A stretch of DNA of 63,230 bases, counting the filler, from Collodictyon triciliatum (taxonomy: Eukaryota), in assembly GCA_043381765.1 (NCBI GenBank). It is 37 parts of 37 records of this genome, joined end to end, with 100 filler letters (N's around TTAATTAATTAA, not from the genome) between each part and the next. Parts side by side here need not be neighbours in the genome. Positions count along the whole stretch, not along the records: positions 24,937 to 26,510 come from JBHJMP010010768.1; positions 26,611 to 28,165 come from JBHJMP010010769.1; positions 28,266 to 29,819 come from JBHJMP010010770.1; positions 29,920 to 31,473 come from JBHJMP010010771.1; positions 31,574 to 33,127 come from JBHJMP010010772.1; positions 33,228 to 34,780 come from JBHJMP010010773.1; positions 34,881 to 36,433 come from JBHJMP010010774.1; positions 36,534 to 38,085 come from JBHJMP010010775.1; 29 more parts are not named here. One strand, written 5' to 3'. Below are positions 25,456-38,006 of the stretch, piece by piece. Position numbers and translations under genes: made by a program. Positions within the stretch are counted from its first letter, which is position 1; the number at the start of each line of letters is the position of its first letter. The notes under the pieces are model-generated. The model made no database searches, was not told where the DNA came from, and saw only the letters and a program-made list of their open reading frames with translations.

Positions 25456-26234
25456 GTTTGATTCTCAAAAGCATGGTGATAGATGCTAACGTATCGATAT
25501 ATATATCACAACAAATCGATTGGTTATTTTTTGTTCTTTTTTTGTTCTTTTTTTGTTCTTTTTTTGTTCTTTTTTTGTTCTTTTTTTGTTCTTTTTTGNN
25601 NNNNNNNNTTTTTTGTTCTTTTTTGTTCTTTTTTGTTCTTTTTTGTTCTTTTTTGTTATTTTTTTGTTCTTTTTTGTTCTTTTTTCTTTTCTTTTTGTTC
25701 TTTTTTTGTTCTTTTTTATTTGTTCTTTTTTATTTGTTCTTTTCCTCTTTTTTCTCTTTTTCTTAAAGTTTTGTAATTTGAAAAGATGATGTTGTGAATG
25801 GACAAGCGATATTTTGTATGGTAACGGAAGATAAATCTGGATCATATAATATATATATGATTTTACACAACATTAAATCGACTATATATATTTATAAATA
25901 AAATATAGCTGCCTTTATATATATACATACCAATTGTTATCAATTTCCACCGCATTCCATGAAAACAACCATGCAGCTATCCAAGACTAATAATAGCAAC
26001 AATGTCGTATAGAGTACTTAAACTCACCCGCAGAATCCTGGCAATCTCTACTCATGAAGCAGCTTAGTCGGACAGGAGCGCCACAAGCACGCTACAAGCC
26101 GTCATCCCAAGAAGGAACACCCAATCGGACACCAGAAGGAGTACAAAGGAGACGGAAACCGACGAAGGCGGAAGAATACAGACACACAGACACACAGACA
26201 CTAATAACACACAAACACCACCGCAGATCACCAG

Positions 26235-26510
26235 ATGAGAACCGCCACAATCGTGTGCCTTCTCGCAGCACTTGCGCTTGGCCTTGCCGGAGCGCTCAGG
26301 GCCGCGCCGCTGCAGCCGCCACAGGCCGGAATGCGCCTGATCCAGACGGGGCCGAGCGAGGCCAAGTGGCTGCCGCTGGAGGTTGTGGAGCAGCTGATGC
26401 TGTCGGAGGCGGGCTTCATGGACATCACGGAGCATCCGGAGCTGCAGCCTGCGGCGGGGCACGGGGCCGGCGTTGCCGTGACGGCGAGCATCCCGTCTGC
26501 GCCGCGCTTT
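26235..26510 (+). CDS. Secreted M28 leucyl aminopeptidase, signal peptide and pro-region; truncated
   Basis: Hydrophobic signal peptide, then RLIQTGPSEAKW...GFMDITE, the pro-domain motif of LAP1-type M28 peptidases. Confidence 0.72.
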
Positions 26511-26610
26511 NNNNNNNNNNNNNNNNNNNNNNNNNNNNNNNNNNNNNNNNNNNNTTAATTAATTAANNNNNNNNNNNNNNNNNNNNNNNNNNNNNNNNNN
26601 NNNNNNNNNN

Positions 26611-26686
<76 letters not shown>

Positions 26687-26688
26687 TT

Positions 26689-26727
<39 letters not shown>

Positions 26728-28105
26728 CGGTGTCTTGAATAAGACCAAATTACAATATCGTTTATGTAAATGTACTTTGTATGCATGCTTCCCTAGGGAC
26801 CTCTCCTCTTATTCATGTAATCTTAAATACCTTGTCTTCATGCTTGGTAGTTGCAAGGAAACTGATAGACAAACCGGGTTGCAGGCTGAATCAAAAGAAT
26901 CCCGCAAGCCAACGCGATAGCTTCCTGAAAAAGGTGAAAATGTAGTTGTCTTCCCTAACGTCAAATATGGAAAATATAATATACTATTTTATTTTCCAAT
27001 ATAATTGATTTTCAAGCTTCATAATATATAATTTTGATATTTTATAATAATAGTATTATGTAAAATCTAGATTCAAATTCAAGACGTTCCATTATTGTAT
27101 GAATTTCATTCAAGATATGGTAGCATCTTAAACGGCTCGCCTTGGCTAGACCAATCCCTCGAATCCTCGCAATTCTTCCAGGTTTGGTGACGAAAAACGC
27201 CCAGATATGTATAATGTTCAGCAGCTGTGCAGAAGTTAAACCAAATAAGCTAAAGGTGGTTTGCGCAGAGACAAGACTTCCCTAATAAGGATATGCTTCC
27301 AGATTAGATTCAGTGGTCATTCTGGTGTGGTTGCTGGGGGGTGGCGCCGATTTTTTTTTCCAGATTCATAAGTGATGGCCAAAAGGCTAGATTTCGTGCG
27401 GGAGACATAAGAGTGAGGCAATTGCGGCAAGAGAGAAAAGCCAAACAATGAATACTTCAAACTGGGCCACAGGAAACAACACCATAATTCAGGGGTGCGG
27501 TCAGAGAATACCCGCAAGATGGGAAGATTGAGGGAGGGGCGGCTTGACCATTGATGCTTGATGAATCAATGATTGATGGTTGATGATGGATGATTTGCTG
27601 AATCAATGAGATGGAGTTTTACTGGCGCATTCCTCCTAGCAAGGCTGGCAACGAGTTATGCCGGACACTCACAAAAAATGAACATGCTTGTCCATTTATC
27701 TCTTGACCTTATGAAATGTATTTGATTCAAGTGTGTTTTTTCTATCCCCTATAAAGAAAAAAGAAAAGAAGGAAAGGCTTGGAAGGGATTTTATGTGTGT
27801 GTATGTGTGTGGGCTGGAGATAATCGTTCAACTCTGCCCCAGTCAAAACAAATGAATTTGGTGCGAACCTTAGTTGCCTGAAGTTGAGACTCTCCCCCTT
27901 AATTGCCCTTCGTTTATTTATTCTTTATTTTTTTATTTTTGCTTTCACGTCAAAGTAAGATTGGTTCGTAGTGCTCGCTATGGATTCATCTGTAATTACT
28001 GCTTTTCCCCCGCAACATATTTTTATTTAGTTCATATTTCCTTTTCTTCTCGAAGTCTAGTGCCAGGACAATCATCCACGATACCACACAATGAAATTAT
28101 AAGGC

Positions 28106-28139
<34 letters not shown>

Positions 28140-28370
28140 AAATATAATCTCCCAACCCATAAAAANNNNNNNNNNNNNNNNNNNNNNNNNNNNNNNNNNN
28201 NNNNNNNNNTTAATTAATTAANNNNNNNNNNNNNNNNNNNNNNNNNNNNNNNNNNNNNNNNNNNNAAAAAAAAAAAAAAAAAACAAAAAACAAAAACAAA
28301 AACAAAAACAAAAACAAAAAACAAAAAAAAAAAAAGATCAACACTTTCTTCATTCCAGATTGAAGGTAGA

Positions 28371-29695
28371 ATGAACAGCACGAACGAGGCAATTGATGCA
28401 GAAACCCAACTGGTAAGTATTTCATTTTGTGTTTATTCACCAACACCATTTCTAGTCGCACTCCTTAGAATCTAATTAAAAATCGAATTAATAATGAACA
28501 TTAAATAATGATAATGATAATAATAAAATAATTAAAGCCATGTCATATCACAAAGCGTGCTTCCTTCGCAAGATGTCACCACCCTACGTCCTCCTATCCT
28601 CTGCTCATTGTACATACCTCATACAGGAGTCAACAACCACAGCAGAGCAACCAGCAAACACAGAGCCCGGTACTCAACACGACCCACCATTCGTCCAAAT
28701 CCACTAGAATCCACCAGAATCCGTCCAACCACACAGCCACATCATTTCATCAGACAAACACACATACACACATACACATACACACACCTAAATCACATCA
28801 TCACCTTTCCGCCACCACGACAACCAGCACCAGAGCAAGAAGCCGCGCCCCAACAGACCGAGCCGATCGAAGCTGCACAGCTCAGCGAAAGCCTCCCCCA
28901 GGCAGAAAGCGCCGAACCAGCGACGGATCTTCTTCACCGAGACGAATACGCTCTGCTGCTCAACAAAGGCCTCATCCAGTCCATCCAGCCGCAACTCACT
29001 GTCCTGGAGGAGCAGCTTCTGTCCATCAGGTTGTTTGCGGATGCCTTTGCCCTCGCCACAACCACGCCGAACCATCTCGCGTCATTCCTTTAATCTGATT
29101 CTGATTCCCTACACTGCCTATCCGTATCCACCTCGCGCCTCCTCCCACGGGATTCATCACCCATCACAGCGACGCCCAAAAGAGCCTGATCCAATCCGTC
29201 CGCCTGGACCACAGCGAACTGGACATCAACCTGCAGTCCCTCGCCGAAGTTCTCCATGTTGTAAGCGGCTCATCACACGATTACCGCGGCCTCTTTGCAT
29301 CCCATATCTGCTGATCTTGCATGCTGCTTCATCACACAGTTTTCAGCCACGACAGAGTATGTCGGGAAGATCCACCACATGCAGGACCGGATGCGCTCCA
29401 TCACAGACAAGGTGGAAAAGCTGCAGAAGCGGACGGAGGTGCTCCAGTCTAAGAAGAGAGAGATGGAGATAAGCGAGTCGGCTAGAAAAGTGAGCCTCGT
29501 TTTCTCTTGTTCCTTTTCCTCATCCTTTGTCATCACTGTTCTGCGGTTGTGATGTGGAATCAACCACGCCTCCGAATACCATCAATCCCGTCCTGACCCG
29601 CGTCTGTCACACAGCAACGCGAGGATGAAAAGGAACAGTCGCTGAACGCAAAGGTCGCGTCGTACCTTCACATGCCAGGCAGCAAGAAGAGTTAA
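28371..29695 (+). CDS. BLOC1S6: BLOC-1 subunit pallidin (Snapin/Pallidin family), six predicted exons
   Basis: Spliced peptide LNKGLIQSIQPQLTVLEEQLLSI|SDAQKSLIQSV...|FSATTEYVGKIHHMQDRMRSITDKVEKLQKRTEVLQSKKRE...|QREDEKEQSLNAKVA parallels pallidin (Y..KL.NIRKEM...KLKKRA.KLQ.KR...EKQLTARPA). Confidence 0.75.
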
Positions 29696-30093
29696 ATAAG
29701 ACAACACAAACAGAAAAAAGAGAGAGAAAAAGAGAGAGAAAAAGAGAGAGAAAAAGAGAGAGAAAAAGAGAGAGAAAAAGAGAGAGAAAAAGAGAGAGAA
29801 AAAGAGAGAGAAAAAGAGANNNNNNNNNNNNNNNNNNNNNNNNNNNNNNNNNNNNNNNNNNNNTTAATTAATTAANNNNNNNNNNNNNNNNNNNNNNNNN
29901 NNNNNNNNNNNNNNNNNNNATACAATATAATACAATATAATACAATATAATACAATATAATACAATATAATACAATATAATACAATATAATACAATATAA
30001 TACAATATAATACAATACGTTTTTGAAAAGCTTTATTCATGTTACCTACATATTATGCTTAAATACTTTTGTTCTTTCGAATTAATTTCTCAG

Positions 30094-31316
30094 CCAGTTG
30101 AAATTACATAGACAAGAAATATCTTTATCTGTGGGAAGTTTGCAAATTCTGTGGTCCTTGGAAAAACAGCTCGCTCTTCTTACAGTATGATGATTTTTTT
30201 TTTCATTGATGTGTGTTTCCACCTCTGCGTTCTTACAAATATTTTACTTTATGATTAATCTTATGTTGCATTTTTTTTTTATCATTTTTATTGCTATACC
30301 TTATTTACAACTTTAATGCAGGTAATGCATGCAATCAAAGAATTTGGTAGGACGTTATCGCCACCAGGTGTAGCTGAATCGAAAACAAGCGCGGAATCAA
30401 AAGCTATACGACTTCGTTTATCTTTATCAAGTATGAATATGGACTTGGAGATACCCAATGGATCGTCCATGCAAGTCCGCTTTGATAGCGGATCTGCAAA
30501 TGTTGCAGAAAAACAGGGTCTTTTGCGAAATCTAGTAGTAATAATGGATTCTTACGAGGTGATCGGAGTGGAAAATATCGTGTACCACCAGAGAAGCAGC
30601 CCTGTTGATGACATGAGTGACCCCTTCAAAATTATTGAGCTAATAAGGTTTCCCATCTTCTCACTCTCATATCCCAATATTTTGCATTCATTTTTTCCTT
30701 GGCCTTGAACNNNNNNNNNNNNNNNNNNNNNNNNNNNNNNNNNNNNNNNNNNNNNNNNNNNNNNNNNNNNNNNNNNNNNNNNNNNNAACGAAGGTTCAGA
30801 GTTTTGATTCATTCAACCTACAAAATGAATTTTTGCGTTGCTGGTTTGCTGGAAGTAAATTCGGCTATGAAACATTACAAGAAAAAGCTTGGAACCAGAG
30901 GTTTGAAAATGTTTATGAACCTTGATATTTGTCTCTTTAAAGTGAATACAGATAGCGCATTAGTGAATTTTTTCTTCAAAAATTGTCACGATTGATATTA
31001 GTATAATACCGATTTATGTGTATTGTCAGTATAAACACAATGTATATCGGCACTAAAATAAGTATTTGAACATTTATAACAGAGGACCCCGATGATTTAG
31101 TCGATAACTTCCTTAAAAAGTATGTATTCCCATCTCCAGAAAATGCATTATACATAAAATAACATCATCATATCAGGGCTGTTCAAAGCAATAATGTTGA
31201 CTTATTTATTCAATTCCAGGTATCAACTTAAATTTGAAGACTTCAAGTTTACCTTGTTAGAACATCCGTACACAACTATGATTGGGTACTATGGTGATAT
31301 CCAAAAAGATGAGCAG
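30094..31316 (+). CDS. Internal exons of a large beta-rich protein, possibly a bridge-like lipid transfer protein (Fmp27/Hobbit/BLTP2)
   Basis: Long open exon 30322-30648 plus small exons. YQLKFEDFKFTLLEHPYTTMIGYYGDIQKDEQ loosely resembles the F.LEDDPFE.KL...Y....DE motif. Coding status is likely; the family call is weak. Confidence 0.35.
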
Positions 31317-31392
31317 GTACGCTTTATCCTTGGGCAAACAAATTTTCCTATGATTTAACCTCACATTCGTGCTTTTTTCTTTTCTTTTCTTT

Positions 31393-31472
<80 letters not shown>

Positions 31473-31573
31473 TNNNNNNNNNNNNNNNNNNNNNNNNNNN
31501 NNNNNNNNNNNNNNNNNTTAATTAATTAANNNNNNNNNNNNNNNNNNNNNNNNNNNNNNNNNNNNNNNNNNNN

Positions 31574-31620
<47 letters not shown>

Positions 31621-31626
31621 AGAGAC

Positions 31627-32471
31627 CTGAATCTTTGAGGTGTCGATCTCTGGGTGGCCCGTGATAACATTCTTCCACCATTCCATCTTGTTAACCTTTT
31701 CAATGTGGAGCACTAAGACTTTGTTCTCCTCTACGTGATGACGAAGGAATTATGAACCAACGTAGGTCGACGATAGATGAATATCACTTAGCTGTGACTT
31801 TGGTTTTAAATTAAAATTCAAGACACGATTTAATCTGAGACTTTCGGACATATCAGCTTGTGTCTCTTTCTTTGATGAAGAAGTAGAAGAGAATATAGCG
31901 AATGAAACAATAATAATAATAATAATAATCCAGTATGCATGAGTGAACCTATTGTCCAAAAACAGTCCTCAGCCTTGATTCGTTGCGATGTTTCACCCTA
32001 CACCAATATGTAAAAACCAATCATGCCTCATTCTCCACAAAGACACAAGCACAACTAAAGGGAGTGGGAAGGGTAGCATGTCCTCGCCACGAGAGCGTTT
32101 TGACGGTCGGGCCAACAAAGCGCCTTGCCCGAGACGGCCAAGCCTGCAGCCCACCGAAAAGCAGGGCGGCACAAACAGGGCAGGAAGGGAAGCGCGTGCA
32201 CGGGGCAAAGGCCACCAACCTCGACGATCGGAGCCTTTCCCTTCAGACCGGCCTTCAGGGACTTTGGCTTGAACTCGACGGCGATGTCTCTGGAGCGGGT
32301 GCCGACCGGGACGGGGATGCTGACGGAGACTGTGGAAAGCTCCTGCGTCCAGGTGTATGGGACTGCAGCGAGAATGCGTTAGGCTTTTGCTTGCTGCGAG
32401 TGGGTCGGTTAGGCGTTCAGACAGGCTGCTGGGTTCGGCGTCTCACCTTCCTCCCCGGCTGACTCGGCCAT
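31627..32471 (-). CDS. nudC: NudC (short form), 5' part, spliced (exons 32471-32447, 32362-32220, 31997-31949, 31731-31627)
   Basis: MAESAGEE|VPYTWTQELSTVSVSIPVPVGTRSRDIAVEFKPKSLKAGLKGKAPIVE|GETSQRIKAEDCFWTI|EENKVLVLHIEKVNKMEWWKNVITGHPEIDTSKIQ, the CS/p23 domain of NudC. Confidence 0.93.
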
Positions 32472-34011
32472 TCTCGTTTGCGGACTGGGCTTGCGGGTCT
32501 GTGTGGAGAGCAAAGGCGTTTGGGAAGCTTAGTGAGGCGCTGCGCACACGGCACACTGGGAGAGGAGAGGCTCGCCGGCGGCACGGCCGAGACTGCCGCG
32601 TGCTGCGCAACCATGCGGGTTCTTCGCCTACACGCTTCCGATCCAGACACCCGCGCCGCAAACGGGGCGTGGCACACACAAAAGGGTTTCCGGAGCTTCT
32701 AGAATCTTCTCGAAGAGGCTGTGTTTCGCTCGCTTGGCCGGTGCGCAGTTGGGCGCGAAACACTGGGAAGCCGGTTGCAAGATGCCCGTCGTTGTGGCAG
32801 ACTCAGCGGCCCGGCCTCGCGTGCGATTCTGCTGCGCGGCTCACATCACCGAGGCAACGCTTCGTTGCTTTCGGCCTGCACGGCGCAGGGAATTTGTGTC
32901 TCGGGTGGCAACCGATCCGTTCGCACTTCCTGCCCTGTGTCTCGCAAACAGTTTGCCCGTAATCCAAAATAATAACAACAGCAAACCAAACAGCAAGCAG
33001 CAAGCAACAAGCAACAAGCAACAAGCAGCAAGCAACAAGCAACAAGCAACAAGCAACAAGCAACAAGCAACAAGCAACAAGCAACAAGCAACAAGCAACA
33101 AGCAACAAGCAACAAGCAACAAGCAACNNNNNNNNNNNNNNNNNNNNNNNNNNNNNNNNNNNNNNNNNNNNTTAATTAATTAANNNNNNNNNNNNNNNNN
33201 NNNNNNNNNNNNNNNNNNNNNNNNNNNGATAATAATAATAATGATAATAATAATAATGATAATAATAATAATGATAATAATAATAATGATAATAATAATA
33301 ATGATAATAATAATGATAATAATAATGATAATAGTAATGATAATAGTAATGATAATAGTAATGATAATAGTAATGATAATAATGATAATCTTACACTTCA
33401 TATCCATCTTCTGAAACCCTTGCAACCAATCGACTAGTTGGTTCGCTTGCCTGGTGAACAAACTATTACCGTCTCCTTTCTAGTACCAACTGCCACGTAT
33501 TACCAGTCCCTGACCCACATCGATTCTCGGTAATGTGCACTCAGTTCGCCCTGCATGTATATTCTTATCATCATACTCTAAAAAACTCGATTTATAATCA
33601 TAAACTAGCGCCTAGCCCAACTTTTTTTTTGATTTCTTTAAGAAATGAAAGACAATTCAGCTGCTAGATTACAGTTCTTTCTGAATGTATATGATTTCTC
33701 TGTACCGCCAGTTGAAAGGAAGAATAAAAAAAAAATGATTTCTCTGTACCGCCATTTGTCTATTCCCAACAAATAAATGGTTGGAAAGGAAAAAAAAAAT
33801 TTTTCTTGGTAGGAGGCGCAGAGGCCACATTGGTGCCATGTAAAGGAAATTATGACAAGTTACATATTGTCGTAGGATGCTCAATCAATAATGTTTGCGA
33901 GGAAGTGTCAACACCTATTTGAGTATATGTTCCAATCGCATTTCTAGGTTTATTTTACGTACGATATTAGTCCACTCTCAGCTATGCCATATCGCGTTGA
34001 TATCCGCCAAC

Positions 34012-34621
34012 TTATTCCCGCCCAAATGCAACCAACGTCCGAGAGGCAACAATGAGCATGTCGTAGAAGGAGGAGACAGAAACACGCAAAAGGCGGAGCT
34101 CGGTAGCCTCAAAGGTTCTGTGTGGAATATTTTTATTTCCAAAAGGGTGATACGATTAATAGAAAAAAACTATAAAAAAACCTCAAGATAAAACAAAACA
34201 GTAACATTAGCGATAACGTGATAAAAGCTACGTGGATGATAAATCATTAAGCGCATCGTACCCCACAAGGTAGTTGGATTCGGTCGACAAAGTGCGGATA
34301 AGCTGATGTGGGTGTAGTTCTTCGTCCACAGAGAGTGCGCGACAAACAATATCAGCTTCTCTCTCGGAAGCGTATGGGATGCGCACCTGACTTCATAGAG
34401 TGTGAAAGTGATAAATGAGCATACTTGTGACTTTTTCTTTTTATACTTTTTTTTTTTTACGAAAAGGACAGAATGAGAACCGAGAAAAGGCCATGTATCG
34501 AGCAAATATGTTATTTTGTGGCAGCAAATACAAGTCTAACAGTCTCCTACATCTATCTACTGTGGGTTTAAATGCCAACTACAAGAGTGACTTACTAGGC
34601 AAATGGCTTCTCTGTTTGCAT
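34012..34621 (-). CDS. PCC1: KEOPS subunit Pcc1/LAGE3, spliced
   Basis: VRIPYASEREADIVCRALSVDEELHPHQLIRTLSTESNYLVG|TFEATELRLLRVSVSSFYDMLIVASRTLVAFGRE*. The first exon (34621-34596, MQTEKPFA) is less certain. Confidence 0.88.
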
Positions 34622-34880
34622 CTCTTTGGCGTTTGGTCTCTCCTTGCGTGGATGAAAGATCAAAACGAAGTTGTACGACGGAATGACACAAAAAAACAAT
34701 AAAAAACAATAAAAAACAATAAAAAACAATAAAAAACAATAAAAAACAATAAAAAACAATAAAAAACAATAAAAAACAATNNNNNNNNNNNNNNNNNNNN
34801 NNNNNNNNNNNNNNNNNNNNNNNNTTAATTAATTAANNNNNNNNNNNNNNNNNNNNNNNNNNNNNNNNNNNNNNNNNNNN

Positions 34881-35158
34881 TACAATATAATCGACCGTAT
34901 TGACGGCAATCAATTTAATAATCAACATACAAATCTACGATAGGTAAATCAATCTATGAACTCACGCAATCGTAAAAAATTTAATTCAAGTACAGGACAC
35001 CTTGGAATTTGTAAACTAAAAAACGGCAGATTTTAAGTTCAGTATGCTTCTGTAGAATACCAAACCATAGAAAAACATTTGATTATTTAAATGGTGCCTT
35101 TGAATGGAGAAAAACAAAACTTAATGAACATTACATGATTAGAGTTTGCGAGCCTTGA
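34881..35158 (+). pseudogene. Decayed HNH endonuclease with C-terminal AP2-like domain
   Basis: Frame from 34881: IIDRIDGNQFNNQHTNLR*VNQSMNSRNRKKFNSSTGHLGICKLKNGRF*VQY (consensus IDHIDGN..NN...NLR.V....N..N). TAG at 34941, TAA at 35034, His-to-Arg in DHID, and a frameshift in the A-run near 35071 before TFDYLNGAFEWRKTK. Confidence 0.8.
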
Positions 35159-36348
35159 ATATCATAACTCTCCTTTCCGCAGGATGCTTAATCAGTTGAG
35201 AAACATTTTTTTTTAAAATTTTCATCTCATTGGCTTCATATCCACCAAGGTAAGCCCACCGTTCTATCTCCTTGTATGTTCTAGGCCCATACTTCTTTCC
35301 ATTCTGTACACCATAATAACCACTATTGCCATCTGCATTGATAGTTATCTGCGAGGTACCATTTGTAATCGCAATTACTTTACCGATTGGGCAACCGTCT
35401 TTTGCCACACCTGTAACTCTTTCTGACGCAAACGTGGATATTGGAGTATGACCAGCTGGCACTTTTTGTTCACTCTTCATATATTCAGCCATAGCCCTGT
35501 TTTGCACTCGCAATTTTTTTATAATATCAAGTTGTCTAATTAATTCCTGTTCGTCTTCATCTGCACTCTCAATATACTGTGCCCCAATTTTATCAAATTC
35601 TTTGATTAATTCCGGCTTTTTCATCACCGCATATTCTTGACCATAATAGTACTCGAGTCCTTCTAGAGTCTTGACTTCAGGAATTAATGTTTCTGGAGCA
35701 TATTCATCAGGATTTTCTGGGTCAAAGTCAGGGTTTATAGTCATCGGATTTATATTGAGTCCATATTTCATATCTATTTGTCCAGTTTGTTGATATTGTT
35801 AAAGCATCGCTTCTTCCTCGGCATCAGTCAATCTTGAAAAATTGGGGGTCTCTCTGCGGTCCTAGGGCATTTTCAATCTGTATAGTTCCAGCTTGAACAA
35901 CAGGAGCCGCGACATTGACAACAGGCGCCGGTAGTTCAGCAATTCGTACCACACCAGCAGCTACCGCTTGAATTTGTGCATTTTGCTGACCTATTTGAGT
36001 TCCAAGTGCTTGTAAACCTGCAGCATTTCTTTCTAAATTTGTGTTAGTTTCTCCTGACCGGTTTTCTGTTGTTCTCAAGGCATCTTTAAAACCACCTTTT
36101 ATTGCCTCCGTAAATTGTGATAGTCCCATTTATACACCCACACGCGGGTCAGCCGGGCCTGCCGCTGCTGAAGGTGTTCTTGATGGTCCTGCTCCAGAAC
36201 TCGGTCGGATTCCACTTGATGATGAAATTTGAGATCCACTTTCTTGTGATGATCCGATCGATGAACCGGAAATTGTTTTACTTAATGATTGTCTTGGTCC
36301 TTCAATTGCTATTTTACTTTTACCTCCAGGTGGTGTTGTTGCGCTCAT
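35139..36348 (-). pseudogene. Broken ~400-codon intronless orphan gene (three listed ORFs are one gene)
   Basis: 36348-36130 and 36129-35824 are in frame across TAA. Removing one base from the 5-nt run at 35844-35848 gives QRDPNFSRLTDAEEEAML*QYQQTGQIDMKYGL, joining 35771-35139 across TAA 35801-35799. Confidence 0.68.
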
Positions 36349-36751
36349 ATCATTGTAAAAATTTTTTTAAAAATGTTACAACATTTGCAATTATAATTAA
36401 ATAAAAAAATTATCCATTGAGTCGAATATCTAANNNNNNNNNNNNNNNNNNNNNNNNNNNNNNNNNNNNNNNNNNNNTTAATTAATTAANNNNNNNNNNN
36501 NNNNNNNNNNNNNNNNNNNNNNNNNNNNNNNNNTGTTTCTTTTGTTTCTTTTGTTTCTTTTGTTTCTTTTGTTTCTTTTGTTTCTTTTGTTTCTTTTGTT
36601 TCTTTTGTTTCTTTTGTTTCTTTTGTTTCTTTTTTATGTTTGCTTGCTTGCTTTTTTTAAATAGAAAAAAAGTATATGAGTATTTCCTTCCGATTTCTTC
36701 TTTCGTAGATTCTTAAATATAGCTTGCCATAATTGTAACTAAACTGATAAG

Positions 36752-38006
36752 ATTGTCCCTGACTCTGTCACCATTAATCTGCTGAAAGCGTCGATACTCG
36801 ACTCCAAAGCCAAGTTACATTTATTATGATTATCATTATATTATATTAATTACATTATGTTATTGTTATTGTTGTTGTTATTGTTATTTTTATTGTTATT
36901 TTTATTGTTATTGTTATTGTTATTGTTATTGTTATTGTTATTGCTATTGTTATTGTTATTGTTATTGTTATTGTTATTGTTATTGTTATTGTTATTGTTA
37001 TTGTTATTGTTATTGTTATTGTTATTGTTATTATACCATGAAAATATCATATTTGGTATATATTTATCTTTTTTAAAAAAAAATTGTGTTTATGGAGCTC
37101 CTTTAAGTGACACACTATCGTTGCAGCAACATTTTGGTTGATGGATTTCCACGAAGAATAGATCAATTGGTTAAGTTTGAAGATGAAGTGGTCCCGTGTG
37201 CCGGCGCAATTTTCTTAGACGTATCAGAGCAAGTTTGATTCAAATCTTGTTATATATGTCTTCTCATATGCCAGATTAAAATTATAAATTATAAATTGTA
37301 TACTTGTTTTCCGAACAATTCTTGTATTTTCCAGGAAATGTGCAATCAATAAATAAAATTCAATCAGGAAATGGAATCCCGATTGTTGATACGCAGTCGC
37401 ACCAGCAGTAGATCTGATGATAACCCCGAAACTATTCGAAAAAGATTCAGGTGACCCTCAGTACTTTTATTATTTCCTATATGTTCCTTCTACACTTTTG
37501 GGGGGGGTATACATTCAAAAGGCATTGTGAGATTGTTTATTTGTTTGTTCTTTATTCTATTGCTTCACACTTCACGCATATAATAATGCTCGTTATTAAA
37601 AGTCTTTTTCTTCTGAGAAAGAAAATCTACTGGGACTGGCACATATAAGTTGACTCTAAATGACTTTATGTACTTGTCTTTGCTTTGTTTTGCTTTGTTT
37701 TTATATTCGACCCTACATTAATCATAGGACATACTTGGATGTTAGCTATCCTGCAATCCAACACTTAAATAACATTGGGAAGTTGTGGAAGGTAATCTTT
37801 TCCAAATGCTTTGCAACAATCCAGCTTCAAGTATCTATTATTCTTCTACTGTTTTGTGGAAAATGAATGGTATACAATCGCCTCAACTTAATCGCTCCAC
37901 AAATATCCGATAATAGGTCGATGGGTCTGCAACCGTATCCCAAGTAAACAAAGACTTCCTCAAAGCACTTGACGACATTATGACCCGAGAAAATCAGGCA
38001 AACTGA
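36752..38006 (+). CDS. UMP-CMP kinase / adenylate kinase family, 3' exons
   Basis: IVPDSVTINLLK, ILVDGFPRRIDQ, RLLIRSRTSSRSDDNPETIRKRF|RTY, VDGSATVSQV...*: short-LID nucleoside monophosphate kinase motifs. Confidence 0.9.
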
